From a virus, in the IMG/VR virus record IMGVR_UViG_3300044730_000851, positions 12,328 to 76,327 of that record: a stretch of DNA of 64,000 nt; one strand, written 5' to 3'. A program made the translations under genes and the position numbers. A model generated the notes under the pieces. The model did not search any database. It saw only the letters and a program-made list of their open reading frames with translations, and was not told the origin of the DNA. This document shows, piece after piece, positions 37,094 through 45,687 of the stretch; position 1 is the first letter of the stretch; each line of letters begins with the position of its first letter.

Positions 37094-37821
37094 CGGAACA
37101 CCTTCTGTTGGCGGTGCTGGTGCTGGTACCCCTGCTCCCACTCTGTTTTAAACACCTGGTCTCGGATCAGCAACTCTTCCTGATCCTCAACAAACACCTC
37201 GGACGTCCAAGACTGTCGTAAGAACGGAACGACACGCGCGATGGGGGTTCCAGAGGCAATAGTCCCATCGAAGGTCTCCCGCAACAGAAACGCTATGTTG
37301 GTTGGGGACCGCCAGGAGTCGGAATCGACAATGGCGCTGAAAGTACGGAACATGTCCACACCAAAGCCTTCTGGGTGCGTGATCAGCACGCTAACCCCCC
37401 TTGGGGTGTGGATAGTCCAGGGGTTAATCCACTTGTACGCACAGTTCGTGTCGAAGCCGGGCGGCACTGGGTACCTACCCAACTGCTCCCTGTCGAAAGT
37501 CCCAACCGCGCTGAGTACCCGCCGGGGCGCGGATGTAACAAATACGCGACCGCCAGACGCTCTACGAAAGTTCACGTCTACAGGCAGCCTCAGGATGTAG
37601 CCAGACATCAACGAATCTCGCGTAGGGGAGCAGCGCTTCACAGTTGGGGCAGATCCTCGGCCCTCTGTTCCATAGACAGCGGTTTCCCTCAGCCAGTTGG
37701 GTGCCATGGTGGCGGCGGCTGCGGGATGTGGTGCGTTATCGAAGTACCACTGATCGATAGCCCCAAAGCGCACCAGACCTACCGGTTTGTCCTCAGGGGA
37801 GGGGGACGTAGTGCTGCTCAT
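37090..37821 (-). CDS. DUF6065-like (dUTPase-like fold) protein, paralog 4
   Basis: TVKRCSP...GY, KWINPW.I.TPRGVSVLITHP, AIVDSD, SGTPI..VVPF.R..W. Confidence 0.75.
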   Translation of the reverse strand: MSSTTSPSPEDKPVGLVRFGAIDQWYFDNAPHPAAAATMAPNWLRETAVYGTEGRGSAPTVKRCSPTRDSLMSGYILRLPVDVNFRRASGGRVFVTSAPRRVLSAVGTFDREQLGRYPVPPGFDTNCAYKWINPWTIHTPRGVSVLITHPEGFGVDMFRTFSAIVDSDSWRSPTNIAFLLRETFDGTIASGTPIARVVPFLRQSWTSEVFVEDQEELLIRDQVFKTEWEQGYQHQHRQQKVFR

Positions 37822-38476
37822 TCTGTTTGTCCAAGGCTCTGAGCGGCGACACGTCATATGCGACCGTTATGCGGGGGCCTCCCCACGACCAGTCGCCCAT
37901 GGCGTGCGGCCACTTGCTCTCTCCGAGGATTGCTCGGTTGTTTCTGTTTTCCACTACGACGATATCTCCGTCAATGTTGTAGTGAGTCTGGGAAGGCTCG
38001 GCGGTCACCGCGTAGTACCCGTGAAACTGCGGCGCCCCCAGTGGTGAGTGTATGTGCCAGTCCAACTTTCCGGAATGTGCGTAATTGACGTTGAACCAAC
38101 CCTGGACCATGAACCGCTGAGATCGGAAGTTCAACTCGTAGTAGTCGCACGCCTCACGCGTCATCTCTCCGATAGCCAACAGCAGGTCATATACGTTTGA
38201 TTCATGGAACTGGAACACGTTGTAGTCTCGCCAGGCAACCGTGGAAAGGGACCCTGAGTCTTCCCACAGGCGCTTTCCGGATTCGGCTCCCGGGGTTGGA
38301 CGCCCAAGAGCGACTTCACTGTCCTGGGCCTCAAGGAGTCGGTACTTGGCGAGTAGAAAATCACTGAGGAACTGCGTATTAAGATCCAGGTCTCTAGTGA
38401 AGTGCTTGAACGGTTTGCTTGTCCGCGTGGGCAGCAGGGACCGTCGTCCGGTCAGCGGTACTTTTTGCTGTTCCAC
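37793..38476 (-). CDS. Putative 2OG-Fe(II)/cupin oxygenase
   Basis: QGWFNVN...DWHIH...HGYY...WPH...RITVAYD (HxH...H...R). Confidence 0.75.
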   Translation of the reverse strand: MEQQKVPLTGRRSLLPTRTSKPFKHFTRDLDLNTQFLSDFLLAKYRLLEAQDSEVALGRPTPGAESGKRLWEDSGSLSTVAWRDYNVFQFHESNVYDLLLAIGEMTREACDYYELNFRSQRFMVQGWFNVNYAHSGKLDWHIHSPLGAPQFHGYYAVTAEPSQTHYNIDGDIVVVENRNNRAILGESKWPHAMGDWSWGGPRITVAYDVSPLRALDKQNEQHYVPLP

Positions 38477-39177
38477 ACGTTCTCCTTGTAGTAGCCGTAG
38501 ATCTTGGTCCTCTTCTTCTCTAGGAGCATGGCCCCGCTCTCAGCCAACGCATGGTTGGTTTCCAACTTCCAGTCTTCCCGTTTAAACGGGAGCACTGTGA
38601 ACATAGGGGTACCTGAGGGGATTGTCCCCTCAAAGTCCTTGCGCAGAAAGAATGTGATGGCGTTGGGAGCCCACCATTGGTCAGTGTCTTGGACTCCGCT
38701 GTAGGTGATGAACGGAAGGTCATACCGGTTGAGTGGGTGCGTTATCAGACTCGAATACCCCGGAGGTGTTTTGAAGGCCCAGCGCATGTCCCAGATGTAG
38801 TGGGTGGGCCAGCAGCCAGCAGGTACTGGAACCTCGATGTAGCCCCGGGTTTCAATGGGGCGGACGATGGGGTCCTGCCAAGAGATGTGCGGTCCGTCGT
38901 CGTCCACGGCAACATCAATGTCTATAGGAGTGACGTAGTGATAACCGGTCGTCAGGGCGTCTAGAAACGGGGCGCAGTGCTTGAAACTCAGGTTGGCGGA
39001 GTCACGACCGTTCCTATTGCTGACCCCTAAGTCTCGCCTGTCATTCGATGTATGGAACAGGTACGCGTCTCGGTACCAGGCAGGTACCGACTCATAGGCC
39101 GGGCGCGGGGGTAGCGTGATGTCGCGGTACTGGTTGTTTGCGTACGTCTCGATGTGTAGAACTTCGTCCCCGCTCAT
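38452..39177 (-). CDS. DUF6065-like protein, paralog 3
   Basis: FKHCAPFLDALTTGY, W.FKTPPGYSSLITHPLNR, SGVQDTD, GTPM...PFKREDW. Confidence 0.8.
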   Translation of the reverse strand: MSGDEVLHIETYANNQYRDITLPPRPAYESVPAWYRDAYLFHTSNDRRDLGVSNRNGRDSANLSFKHCAPFLDALTTGYHYVTPIDIDVAVDDDGPHISWQDPIVRPIETRGYIEVPVPAGCWPTHYIWDMRWAFKTPPGYSSLITHPLNRYDLPFITYSGVQDTDQWWAPNAITFFLRKDFEGTIPSGTPMFTVLPFKREDWKLETNHALAESGAMLLEKKRTKIYGYYKENVWNSKKYR

Positions 39178-39917
39178 CGGTACTCCTTTCTCGACCAGAA
39201 GTTGCTCCGGTATCCGCCTGTGAATACCGACCTAATCCGAGAAGCCTGTCCGTCAATTAGGTCTGCGTCGTACTCTCCATGAATCGCGCTGCTCCAGGCC
39301 TCCCGAGCAAAGGGGACCACGACCGCTAACGGCGTGCCTTGCTTGATGACTCCTTGGACGCCGCGTCGCATGAGCAACGAGTACGCCCCATCCGGGGCGT
39401 ACTGATCGGTGTCCATGACCGCGGGGAGGACCTGCCAAGGGACATCGATTGAGTACGGAGGGTGCGTGATCATGACGCTGTAGCCGGGTGGGGTCAGGTA
39501 TCCCCACAGCGGGTGAATGCGGAAGAGGTCCTCGCAGTATTGTGCCCGGTCAAACGGCAACTCCGATACTTGCTGCCTGTCGTGAAGGCTGACGACCTTC
39601 CAAGACACGTTGCCCTTGGGCAACTGCCATCGAATCCGGTCTCCGGTGGTGTCAATCGAGATATCGACGGGTACCTTAAGTAGGTATCCGGTACTCAGTG
39701 CGTCGAGAACCGACGGGCACTTCTTGATGGTTTGATTGCCTTTACCGCCCTCGATCTTCATCGAGCCGCCCGCGTAGACGTCCTGTTCTCGCCACCATGC
39801 GGGGATGTTCTTGGACAGAGGCTCCGGCTTTGGGGCATACGTAGGGACACCGGGGGCCACCGGGAAGAACTGAATGATTTTGGACGGCTTACTCGAAGTA
39901 AACCTAGTACTCAGCAT
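39174..39917 (-). CDS. DUF6065-like protein, paralog 2
   Basis: TIKKCPSVLDALSTGY, TPPGYSVMITHP, VMDTD, QGTPL...PFAREAW. Confidence 0.8.
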   Translation of the reverse strand: MLSTRFTSSKPSKIIQFFPVAPGVPTYAPKPEPLSKNIPAWWREQDVYAGGSMKIEGGKGNQTIKKCPSVLDALSTGYLLKVPVDISIDTTGDRIRWQLPKGNVSWKVVSLHDRQQVSELPFDRAQYCEDLFRIHPLWGYLTPPGYSVMITHPPYSIDVPWQVLPAVMDTDQYAPDGAYSLLMRRGVQGVIKQGTPLAVVVPFAREAWSSAIHGEYDADLIDGQASRIRSVFTGGYRSNFWSRKEYR

Positions 39918-40656
39918 GGTCTGCGTTCTCGATTCTCGTTGGGGTTACGCGTAGTAGAGCGATTGGTGTGCCTCGCTTTATGACAACTGGATCATCTTCA
40001 GCACCCCGCTTCAGGAGGAACGGGAGGCCGAGAGGACCTGAAGGTGAGTGCGGCCAGGTGAGACGTGCATCTAACGTCCTGAAAGGGAGAGAGTTGTCGT
40101 CAACTGGGCTACGCACAACGACATCGCAATCGACAGTGGGGCTCCAGTAGATGAGCCACCGGTAGTGTGCGTCGAAATACCGATCGACTGGGAAGTCTCT
40201 CCTGTATCTGACTCCAGTAACGCGTCCTGCGGGCTGGAGCACTGTTCGTGATACAAGGTCCGCGGACTCCGTCCATTCGGTTCCTACGTCGCTGGGAATT
40301 CTTCGTGGTCGGATGAAGACATCGGCAAACAGCCGGACTTCGTACTCACCCCCGGCACTAGGCTCTGGCGCCCAACTGATTTCAGATACGACTCGGTTGT
40401 GCGGCCAAAACTCGTCTCCCCGAGCAAGGGCCTGACGTTGTAGGTCTTCATGAATCTTTCGCTGCCAAGCCTGTTCCTGGCTGAGGTGAGGGCTGACTGG
40501 AAGTTCCCCGCGGACGGCGGTTGGTTGTTGAAACTCGTTGTCGTTGGCCGACATTCTCTTGGACGGACGACCCAGCATGCGCTCACTTGTCTGCGGGAAA
40601 ATCGAGCGACGCCGAGTTTCCCCTCCAGGGTCGATTCGTTGGTGATCTGCAGTCAT
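39904..40656 (-). CDS. Divergent DUF6065-like protein, paralog 1
   Basis: C-terminal LPFRTL...LPFLL...IKRGTPIA resembles the downstream paralogs; start uncertain. Confidence 0.55.
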   Translation of the reverse strand: MTADHQRIDPGGETRRRSIFPQTSERMLGRPSKRMSANDNEFQQPTAVRGELPVSPHLSQEQAWQRKIHEDLQRQALARGDEFWPHNRVVSEISWAPEPSAGGEYEVRLFADVFIRPRRIPSDVGTEWTESADLVSRTVLQPAGRVTGVRYRRDFPVDRYFDAHYRWLIYWSPTVDCDVVVRSPVDDNSLPFRTLDARLTWPHSPSGPLGLPFLLKRGAEDDPVVIKRGTPIALLRVTPTRIENADHAEY

Positions 40657-40673
40657 GGCGAACGACTCGTTAC

Positions 40674-41507
40674 CTATGCGTCTTCGGGACCTATGCCGTT
40701 CCACGTCAGCATGTGTTCGGTGAAAAAGAGGTCGTACGGTTCACAGCGAAGTGAGATCACCTCGGTACCTGACGTGAGCGGGACCGACTCGTAAGTGAGG
40801 ATGGGTTCCCAGTCATTCACGGAACCGTCGTAGACGAGATCGGAAGGCTCCAACGAGTCAGCGCGAGTCAGGGTGTAGACATCATTCCTTCTTACAAGAA
40901 TGTAGTGACTCGGAGAGAACAGATCGCCATTGACGATATAGAGTTCGTCGACCGTAGACCTTGCGATGCTGGTGACTTCAGTCTCAACAAGTCCTAGGGA
41001 CGTGAACGAATCGGACTCCCAGGCGAGGGATCCGGACATCGCGGCTAGAAGCGCAGCGTCAGCGTCCGTGCCGAGTTCTTCGATGTTGAGTGAATAGAGA
41101 CGGTCGCCTACCTGGACGTCCTCGGCTCGGACGAGCCCCTCGGGCGTACGGACCATGGTGTCGGGGGCTACTGAGTAGTCGTGGTTGAACGAAAAGCCGA
41201 AGCCACCGTAGAAGCCGAAGCCACCGTAGAAGCCGAAGCCACCGTAGAAGCCGAAGCCAGGGTACACATAGTTCCAACGGCTGATCCCGACGGCCGACCC
41301 TCGCAGAACCACCGCTCCAGACGCGACTCCTTGGCTGATGACCTGCGTATCTATGCCGCTGTTGCTGGTGTTTGAGGTGGTCTCGCTACCCAGACTCAGA
41401 CCGACGTTGGTCAGGGCCGTGATCGCGTTCGCACGGGTCTGTCCGACAATGTTGGGGACCGTGGTTTTGCGCGGTCCGCCGCGGTCAAGGTTGCGTGATG
41501 TCGACAA
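40674..41507 (-). CDS. PASTA-like domain + (GFGFYG)n repeat + C-terminal Hint (intein-like) domain protein
   Basis: TVPNIVG...VISQ PASTA; repeat; SVAPDTMVRTPEG..AEDVQVGD (block A), FSPSHYILV (block B), V.SL.CEPYDLFF...LTWN (blocks F/G); RBS AGGAG. Confidence 0.85.
   Translation of the reverse strand: MSTSRNLDRGGPRKTTVPNIVGQTRANAITALTNVGLSLGSETTSNTSNSGIDTQVISQGVASGAVVLRGSAVGISRWNYVYPGFGFYGGFGFYGGFGFYGGFGFSFNHDYSVAPDTMVRTPEGLVRAEDVQVGDRLYSLNIEELGTDADAALLAAMSGSLAWESDSFTSLGLVETEVTSIARSTVDELYIVNGDLFSPSHYILVRRNDVYTLTRADSLEPSDLVYDGSVNDWEPILTYESVPLTSGTEVISLRCEPYDLFFTEHMLTWNGIGPEDA
41194..41259. repeat. Perfect 18-bp tandem repeat, 3.7 copies
   Basis: AAGCCGAAGCCACCGTAG x3 plus AAGCCGAAGCCA, encoding GFGFYG on the minus strand. 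Confidence 0.95.
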
Positions 41508-41535
41508 CTTCTTCTCCTACTGGTTGCGAGATCTA

Positions 41536-44500
41536 TTACGACAGGTCACCGGTCAGGACCCACACGTTGGCGGCCCGCTTCGTGAGCGTAGCCCCGGACC
41601 ACTGCGCGCGAAGGTTCAAACCTGGCGTCGCATTGATGGTCACACCGCCAGCGGCGGCAATGTTGACGCCACCGGCACCCACCCGCAGGAGGTGGATCTG
41701 AGTACCCACCTTGAAGTTGACGGTAGCGTCTGCTGCAACCGTGAACGTAAGCGCGGAACCGCTGTTCATCTCAATCATTCGTCCGGCGTCGCTCAGAACA
41801 AACTGATACGAAGCCGTCTTCTGGTCAATCACCACGGGGGCGTCCAGAACGTTACCGGCCGCCAGCGTGATGCCACCACCGGTCACTGACAAGCCGCCCG
41901 AAGAGATCGTGACAGTGGTGAGCGTCGGGGAGGTGCCGAACACCAGGGCCCCGCTGCCCGTCTCGTCCGAGATCACTCCGGCCAGTTGGGCGGATGTGGT
42001 GGCCGCGAACTGATTGAGCCCGCTGGTGGTCAGGCCGAGGCCGGTCGTGGCGTGAACGTGGTCCGCTCGGGCGTACCGGAGCGACGTGCCCACGGCAGCG
42101 GTGCCGAGTGCCGCGGGGGTTGCCGCCGAGGCCTGGCCCACAACAAACGCCGTGGTTGCCAACTGGGTGGTGTTGGTGTCTGCAGCGGCGGTTGGTGCTG
42201 CAGGAATACCCGTCAGGGTGGGCGATGCGATCGGTGCCTTCGCTGCAAGATCCGAAACCAGGCCCGTGATCGCGCTCTGCGCAAGTGCGATGTTCGTGCT
42301 GGAGACGCTCGTCACACGACCCTTGGCGTCAACTGTGATGGCCGGTACCGCAGTAGCGGAGCCGTACACTCCAGCAGTCACTCCAGAATTGGCAAGTGTC
42401 AGAGTGATACCAGTCGTTCCCGAACCGGTGGCGTCACCAGAGACAGAGATACTCTGGTTGGCCGTCAGGTACGTATTTGTGTCTAGGGACCACGTATCGG
42501 CGGCCGTCTTCCGTAGGATGCCGCTGGTACCTGCGAGGGCCGCGATGGCCGTGAGGTCGGCATCCAGAGGCTGCTTACCGGCCAGCGAATTCGTGAGTGT
42601 GGTCGCAAACGACGCATCATCGTTGATCGCGTCCGCGAGTTCGCTGAGGGTATTCAGGGCCGCGGGAGCGGCACCGATGAGGTCGCTGACGGCCCCAGTG
42701 ACGAATGCTGTGGTGGCCACCTGAGTGGTGTTGGTGCCCGCGGTAGCAGTGGGCGCGGTCGGAGTACCAGTCAACTCCGGAGACGCAAGCGACGCCTTAC
42801 CCGCAAGAGCCGATGCCAGGCCAGTGACCTGCGACTGCGTGATCGCGATATCTACCGACGACGCTGCCGTCACGCGACCCTTGCTGTCCACGGTGACCTG
42901 AGCCACCGAGTCGGCATCACCGTAGGTTCCCGAGTTTACGCCGCTGTTGGCTAGGGTGGCCGTGATGCTGGTGGCACCGGATCCGGTGATATCACCGCTC
43001 AGGGTCACTGTCTGGTTCCCGGTGAGGTACGTAGACGTGTCCAGCGACCATGTGTTGGCGGCCGTCTTCTTTAGCAGACCGCTGTTCGCCGAGATCTCGG
43101 CGATCGCGGTCAGGTCGCCATCGAGAGGCTGCTTTCCGCTGAGTGCCGTCTGCACCGTGGTGTGGAAGGACGGGTCATCGTTGATGGCCGCGGCCAGTTC
43201 GTCAAGGGTGTCAAGGCCAGACGGCGCTGAACCCCTGAGGCTGCTGATACTGGCATCGGTGTACGTGTTGGCAGCGCTTTCGGCGGCGTCGGCTTTGGAA
43301 GTTGCATCGGCAGCGGCGGTGGCTACTGCAGCACTTTCGGCAGCGTCCGCGTAGCCCTGAAGTGCGTTCGTGGCTGTAGCGATCTCTGCGTCAGTGTACC
43401 CGTTTGCAGCACTCTCGGCGGCGTCTGCCTTGGACTGAGCCCCGGCCGTGGTTTCAAGGAGCGACGTGTTCGCAATGCCGTGCACGTTGGTGGTGCTGGC
43501 GTTGTGGTTGCTCAAGGCCGTTCCAGCGCCATTCGCGGCGTTGGTAATCTGAGTGTTAAGGTTGGACATAGTGCTGTCGACGGCGCTGTTGATGGTGTTG
43601 TTTAGTACGACAACTTCCGCATCCGTGTAGTTGTTTGCTGCGGTTACTGCGTCGGTCTCCGCCTGATCCGCGTAGTCTTCAAGGTCACTTACTGCAGCCG
43701 CGAGATCACTTGCAGCCGTGCTGGCGACCGACGAAATCTGGCCCGCCACGGAAGTGGAGAACTCCGGGTCGTCATTGATCGCGGCTGCCAACTCGTTGAG
43801 GGTGTTCAGGAGTGACGGCGCGGCGTCGACGAGGCCAGAAACTGCCGCGTCCGCGTACGCCTTGGCGTCCACCTCAGCCTGATCGGCGTAGGCTTCAAGG
43901 GCAGCCGTCGCGGTAACAATCTCCGCATCGGTGTAGGCGTTCGCAGTGTTCACGGCGTCGATCTCAACCTGGTCGGCGTAAGCCTCAGCGGCCTCTCGCT
44001 GCCCGAACGCATAGGTCTGAGCAGCACTCAGTGCGTCTGCCTCAGCCTGATCGGCGTACGCCTCAAGAGCCGTCGTGGCTGCAGAGACTTCGGCGTCCGT
44101 GTAGGCGTTCGCTGCCGTGACGGCAGCACCTTCGGCAGCGTCCGTGTACGCCTCTAGAGCGTCCACTGCGTTAGCGAGCGTGCTATCCGTGTACGTCTGC
44201 GCGGCTGATGTGGCCGCTGACTGCGCTGCGTTCGCCTTGGTTGTGGCGTCAGTGGAGGCCGCAGATATGGCGGCCGCCTGCGCTGCGTTCGCCTTCGATG
44301 TCGCATCGGACGCTGCGGTCGATACGGCTGCGGCCTGTGCTGCGTTTGCCTTCGACGTAGCGTCTGCTGCGGCAGTAGAGATGGCAGCCGCTTGGGCAGC
44401 ATTGGCCTTGGATGTGGCATCGGTCGCAGAGGTGGCTACAGCGGCGGCCTGGGCAGCGTCCGCCTTGGAGGTGGCGTCTGCTGCAGCGGTTGATACGGCC

Positions 44501-45213
44501 GCGGCCTGGGCTGCATTGGCCTTGGATGTGGCATCTGCAGCGGCAGTAGCGACTGCGTCTGCCTCGGCCTGGTCTGCGTAATCTTCAAGATTGGCCACTG
44601 CGGTGGCGATATTCGTGGCGACGGTAGCCGCAAAGTTTTCGTCGTCGTTGATCGCAGCCGCAAGTTCGTTGAGAGTGTTAAGGGCTCCCGGTGCTGCCTG
44701 GATCAGGTCAGCGACCTGGGTGTCGGTGTACGCGTTTGCGGCAGCCTGAGCGGCGTTTGCTTTCGATGTCGCGTCGGCTGACGCGGTAGATACAGCCGCA
44801 GCCTGGGCAGAGTTAGCCTTAGACTGCGCTCCGGACTGAGTCTCCAGAAGAGCGGTGTTTGCAATGCCGTGGACATTCGTGGTTGCTGAAGTATGCGTGT
44901 TGAAGTTGCTGCTCAGCGTGACGACGGATGAGAAAAACGCTGGGTCATCATTGATTGCGTCTGCCAGTTCCCCAAGGCTGTTAAGGACCGACGGGGCGTC
45001 CCCGAGAATCCCAGCCACTGCTGCGTTCACAGCGGAGGTCACGTCCTCTGGCCGAGCGTTTGCGTACAGGAGCGTCGTCCATGCCGTGAGACCGTCACCC
45101 ACCTTAAACTTGCGAGTATCGAGTTCGATGCCGATCTCGCCCTGAGCCAGGATGGGATTCGCTGCGGTCCATGCAGCCGCGAGTCCTCGACGAATCTGAA
45201 TCTGAACAGCCAT
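41536..45213 (-). CDS. Long fibre protein with Mtd_N-type N-terminus
   Basis: QIQIRRG...W..ANPILAQGEIG.E.DT.KFKVGDG; 19-aa DATSKANAAQ repeats; five L.ELA.AINDD repeats; duplicated module of about 185 aa. Confidence 0.85.
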   Translation of the reverse strand: MAVQIQIRRGLAAAWTAANPILAQGEIGIELDTRKFKVGDGLTAWTTLLYANARPEDVTSAVNAAVAGILGDAPSVLNSLGELADAINDDPAFFSSVVTLSSNFNTHTSATTNVHGIANTALLETQSGAQSKANSAQAAAVSTASADATSKANAAQAAANAYTDTQVADLIQAAPGALNTLNELAAAINDDENFAATVATNIATAVANLEDYADQAEADAVATAAADATSKANAAQAAAVSTAAADATSKADAAQAAAVATSATDATSKANAAQAAAISTAAADATSKANAAQAAAVSTAASDATSKANAAQAAAISAASTDATTKANAAQSAATSAAQTYTDSTLANAVDALEAYTDAAEGAAVTAANAYTDAEVSAATTALEAYADQAEADALSAAQTYAFGQREAAEAYADQVEIDAVNTANAYTDAEIVTATAALEAYADQAEVDAKAYADAAVSGLVDAAPSLLNTLNELAAAINDDPEFSTSVAGQISSVASTAASDLAAAVSDLEDYADQAETDAVTAANNYTDAEVVVLNNTINSAVDSTMSNLNTQITNAANGAGTALSNHNASTTNVHGIANTSLLETTAGAQSKADAAESAANGYTDAEIATATNALQGYADAAESAAVATAAADATSKADAAESAANTYTDASISSLRGSAPSGLDTLDELAAAINDDPSFHTTVQTALSGKQPLDGDLTAIAEISANSGLLKKTAANTWSLDTSTYLTGNQTVTLSGDITGSGATSITATLANSGVNSGTYGDADSVAQVTVDSKGRVTAASSVDIAITQSQVTGLASALAGKASLASPELTGTPTAPTATAGTNTTQVATTAFVTGAVSDLIGAAPAALNTLSELADAINDDASFATTLTNSLAGKQPLDADLTAIAALAGTSGILRKTAADTWSLDTNTYLTANQSISVSGDATGSGTTGITLTLANSGVTAGVYGSATAVPAITVDAKGRVTSVSSTNIALAQSAITGLVSDLAAKAPIASPTLTGIPAAPTAAADTNTTQLATTAFVVGQASAATPAALGTAAVGTSLRYARADHVHATTGLGLTTSGLNQFAATTSAQLAGVISDETGSGALVFGTSPTLTTVTISSGGLSVTGGGITLAAGNVLDAPVVIDQKTASYQFVLSDAGRMIEMNSGSALTFTVAADATVNFKVGTQIHLLRVGAGGVNIAAAGGVTINATPGLNLRAQWSGATLTKRAANVWVLTGDLS

Positions 45214-45218
45214 GGTGG

Positions 45219-45671
45219 TTACACTCCTCCGGCATCGACGACGACGGTGTGCTCTGACGTGGTGTCGCCGCCGCTCATTGTCTTGGCAAACGTAAACTGC
45301 TGGTTGGACGAACCTCCGTCGACGTTCGGGAAGTTGGTCGTTGTGGATCCGCCGTCAAAGGAAACGGCGCTGACGCTGTACGGCGAGTCACCCGAGTACG
45401 AGACGGTCTGTTCTTGGATGTATAGGAATCCGTTGCGGAAGGCGATCTCCCCACCATCTAGCGATTCGGTTAGGCGCAGAAGGTCACTGTCGTTGAAGTC
45501 GTCGGAGGTATTTGTGCCTCCGCCGCCACCGGACACGGTGTTCCAGGTGGCACCGTCGAATACCCGGAGGGAGTGCGTAGAGATGTCATAGTAGAGGTCG
45601 CCAGCGTGCTCGCCGATGGGCTCGGAGCCCACCGCGAGTACGTTGAGAGGTACGTACGATCTCTTGGACAA
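45219..45671 (-). CDS. Small virion structural protein
   Basis: GDLYYD...LRVFDGATW; DGG repeats typical of genes preceding Mtd_N fibres. Confidence 0.6.
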   Translation of the reverse strand: MSKRSYVPLNVLAVGSEPIGEHAGDLYYDISTHSLRVFDGATWNTVSGGGGGTNTSDDFNDSDLLRLTESLDGGEIAFRNGFLYIQEQTVSYSGDSPYSVSAVSFDGGSTTTNFPNVDGGSSNQQFTFAKTMSGGDTTSEHTVVVDAGGV

Positions 45672-45687
45672 CTATGACTTCCCAGTT

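Noticed and set aside
40674-41175. Selfish intein in a housekeeping gene
   Set aside because: No endonuclease domain, no +1 nucleophile, and only a 7-aa C-terminal tail.
41194-41259. CRISPR array
   Set aside because: Contiguous in-frame coding repeats with no spacers.
45060-45213. Diversity-generating retroelement suggested by the Mtd_N domain
   Set aside because: No reverse transcriptase and no TR/VR pair seen; Mtd_N is a common fibre attachment domain.
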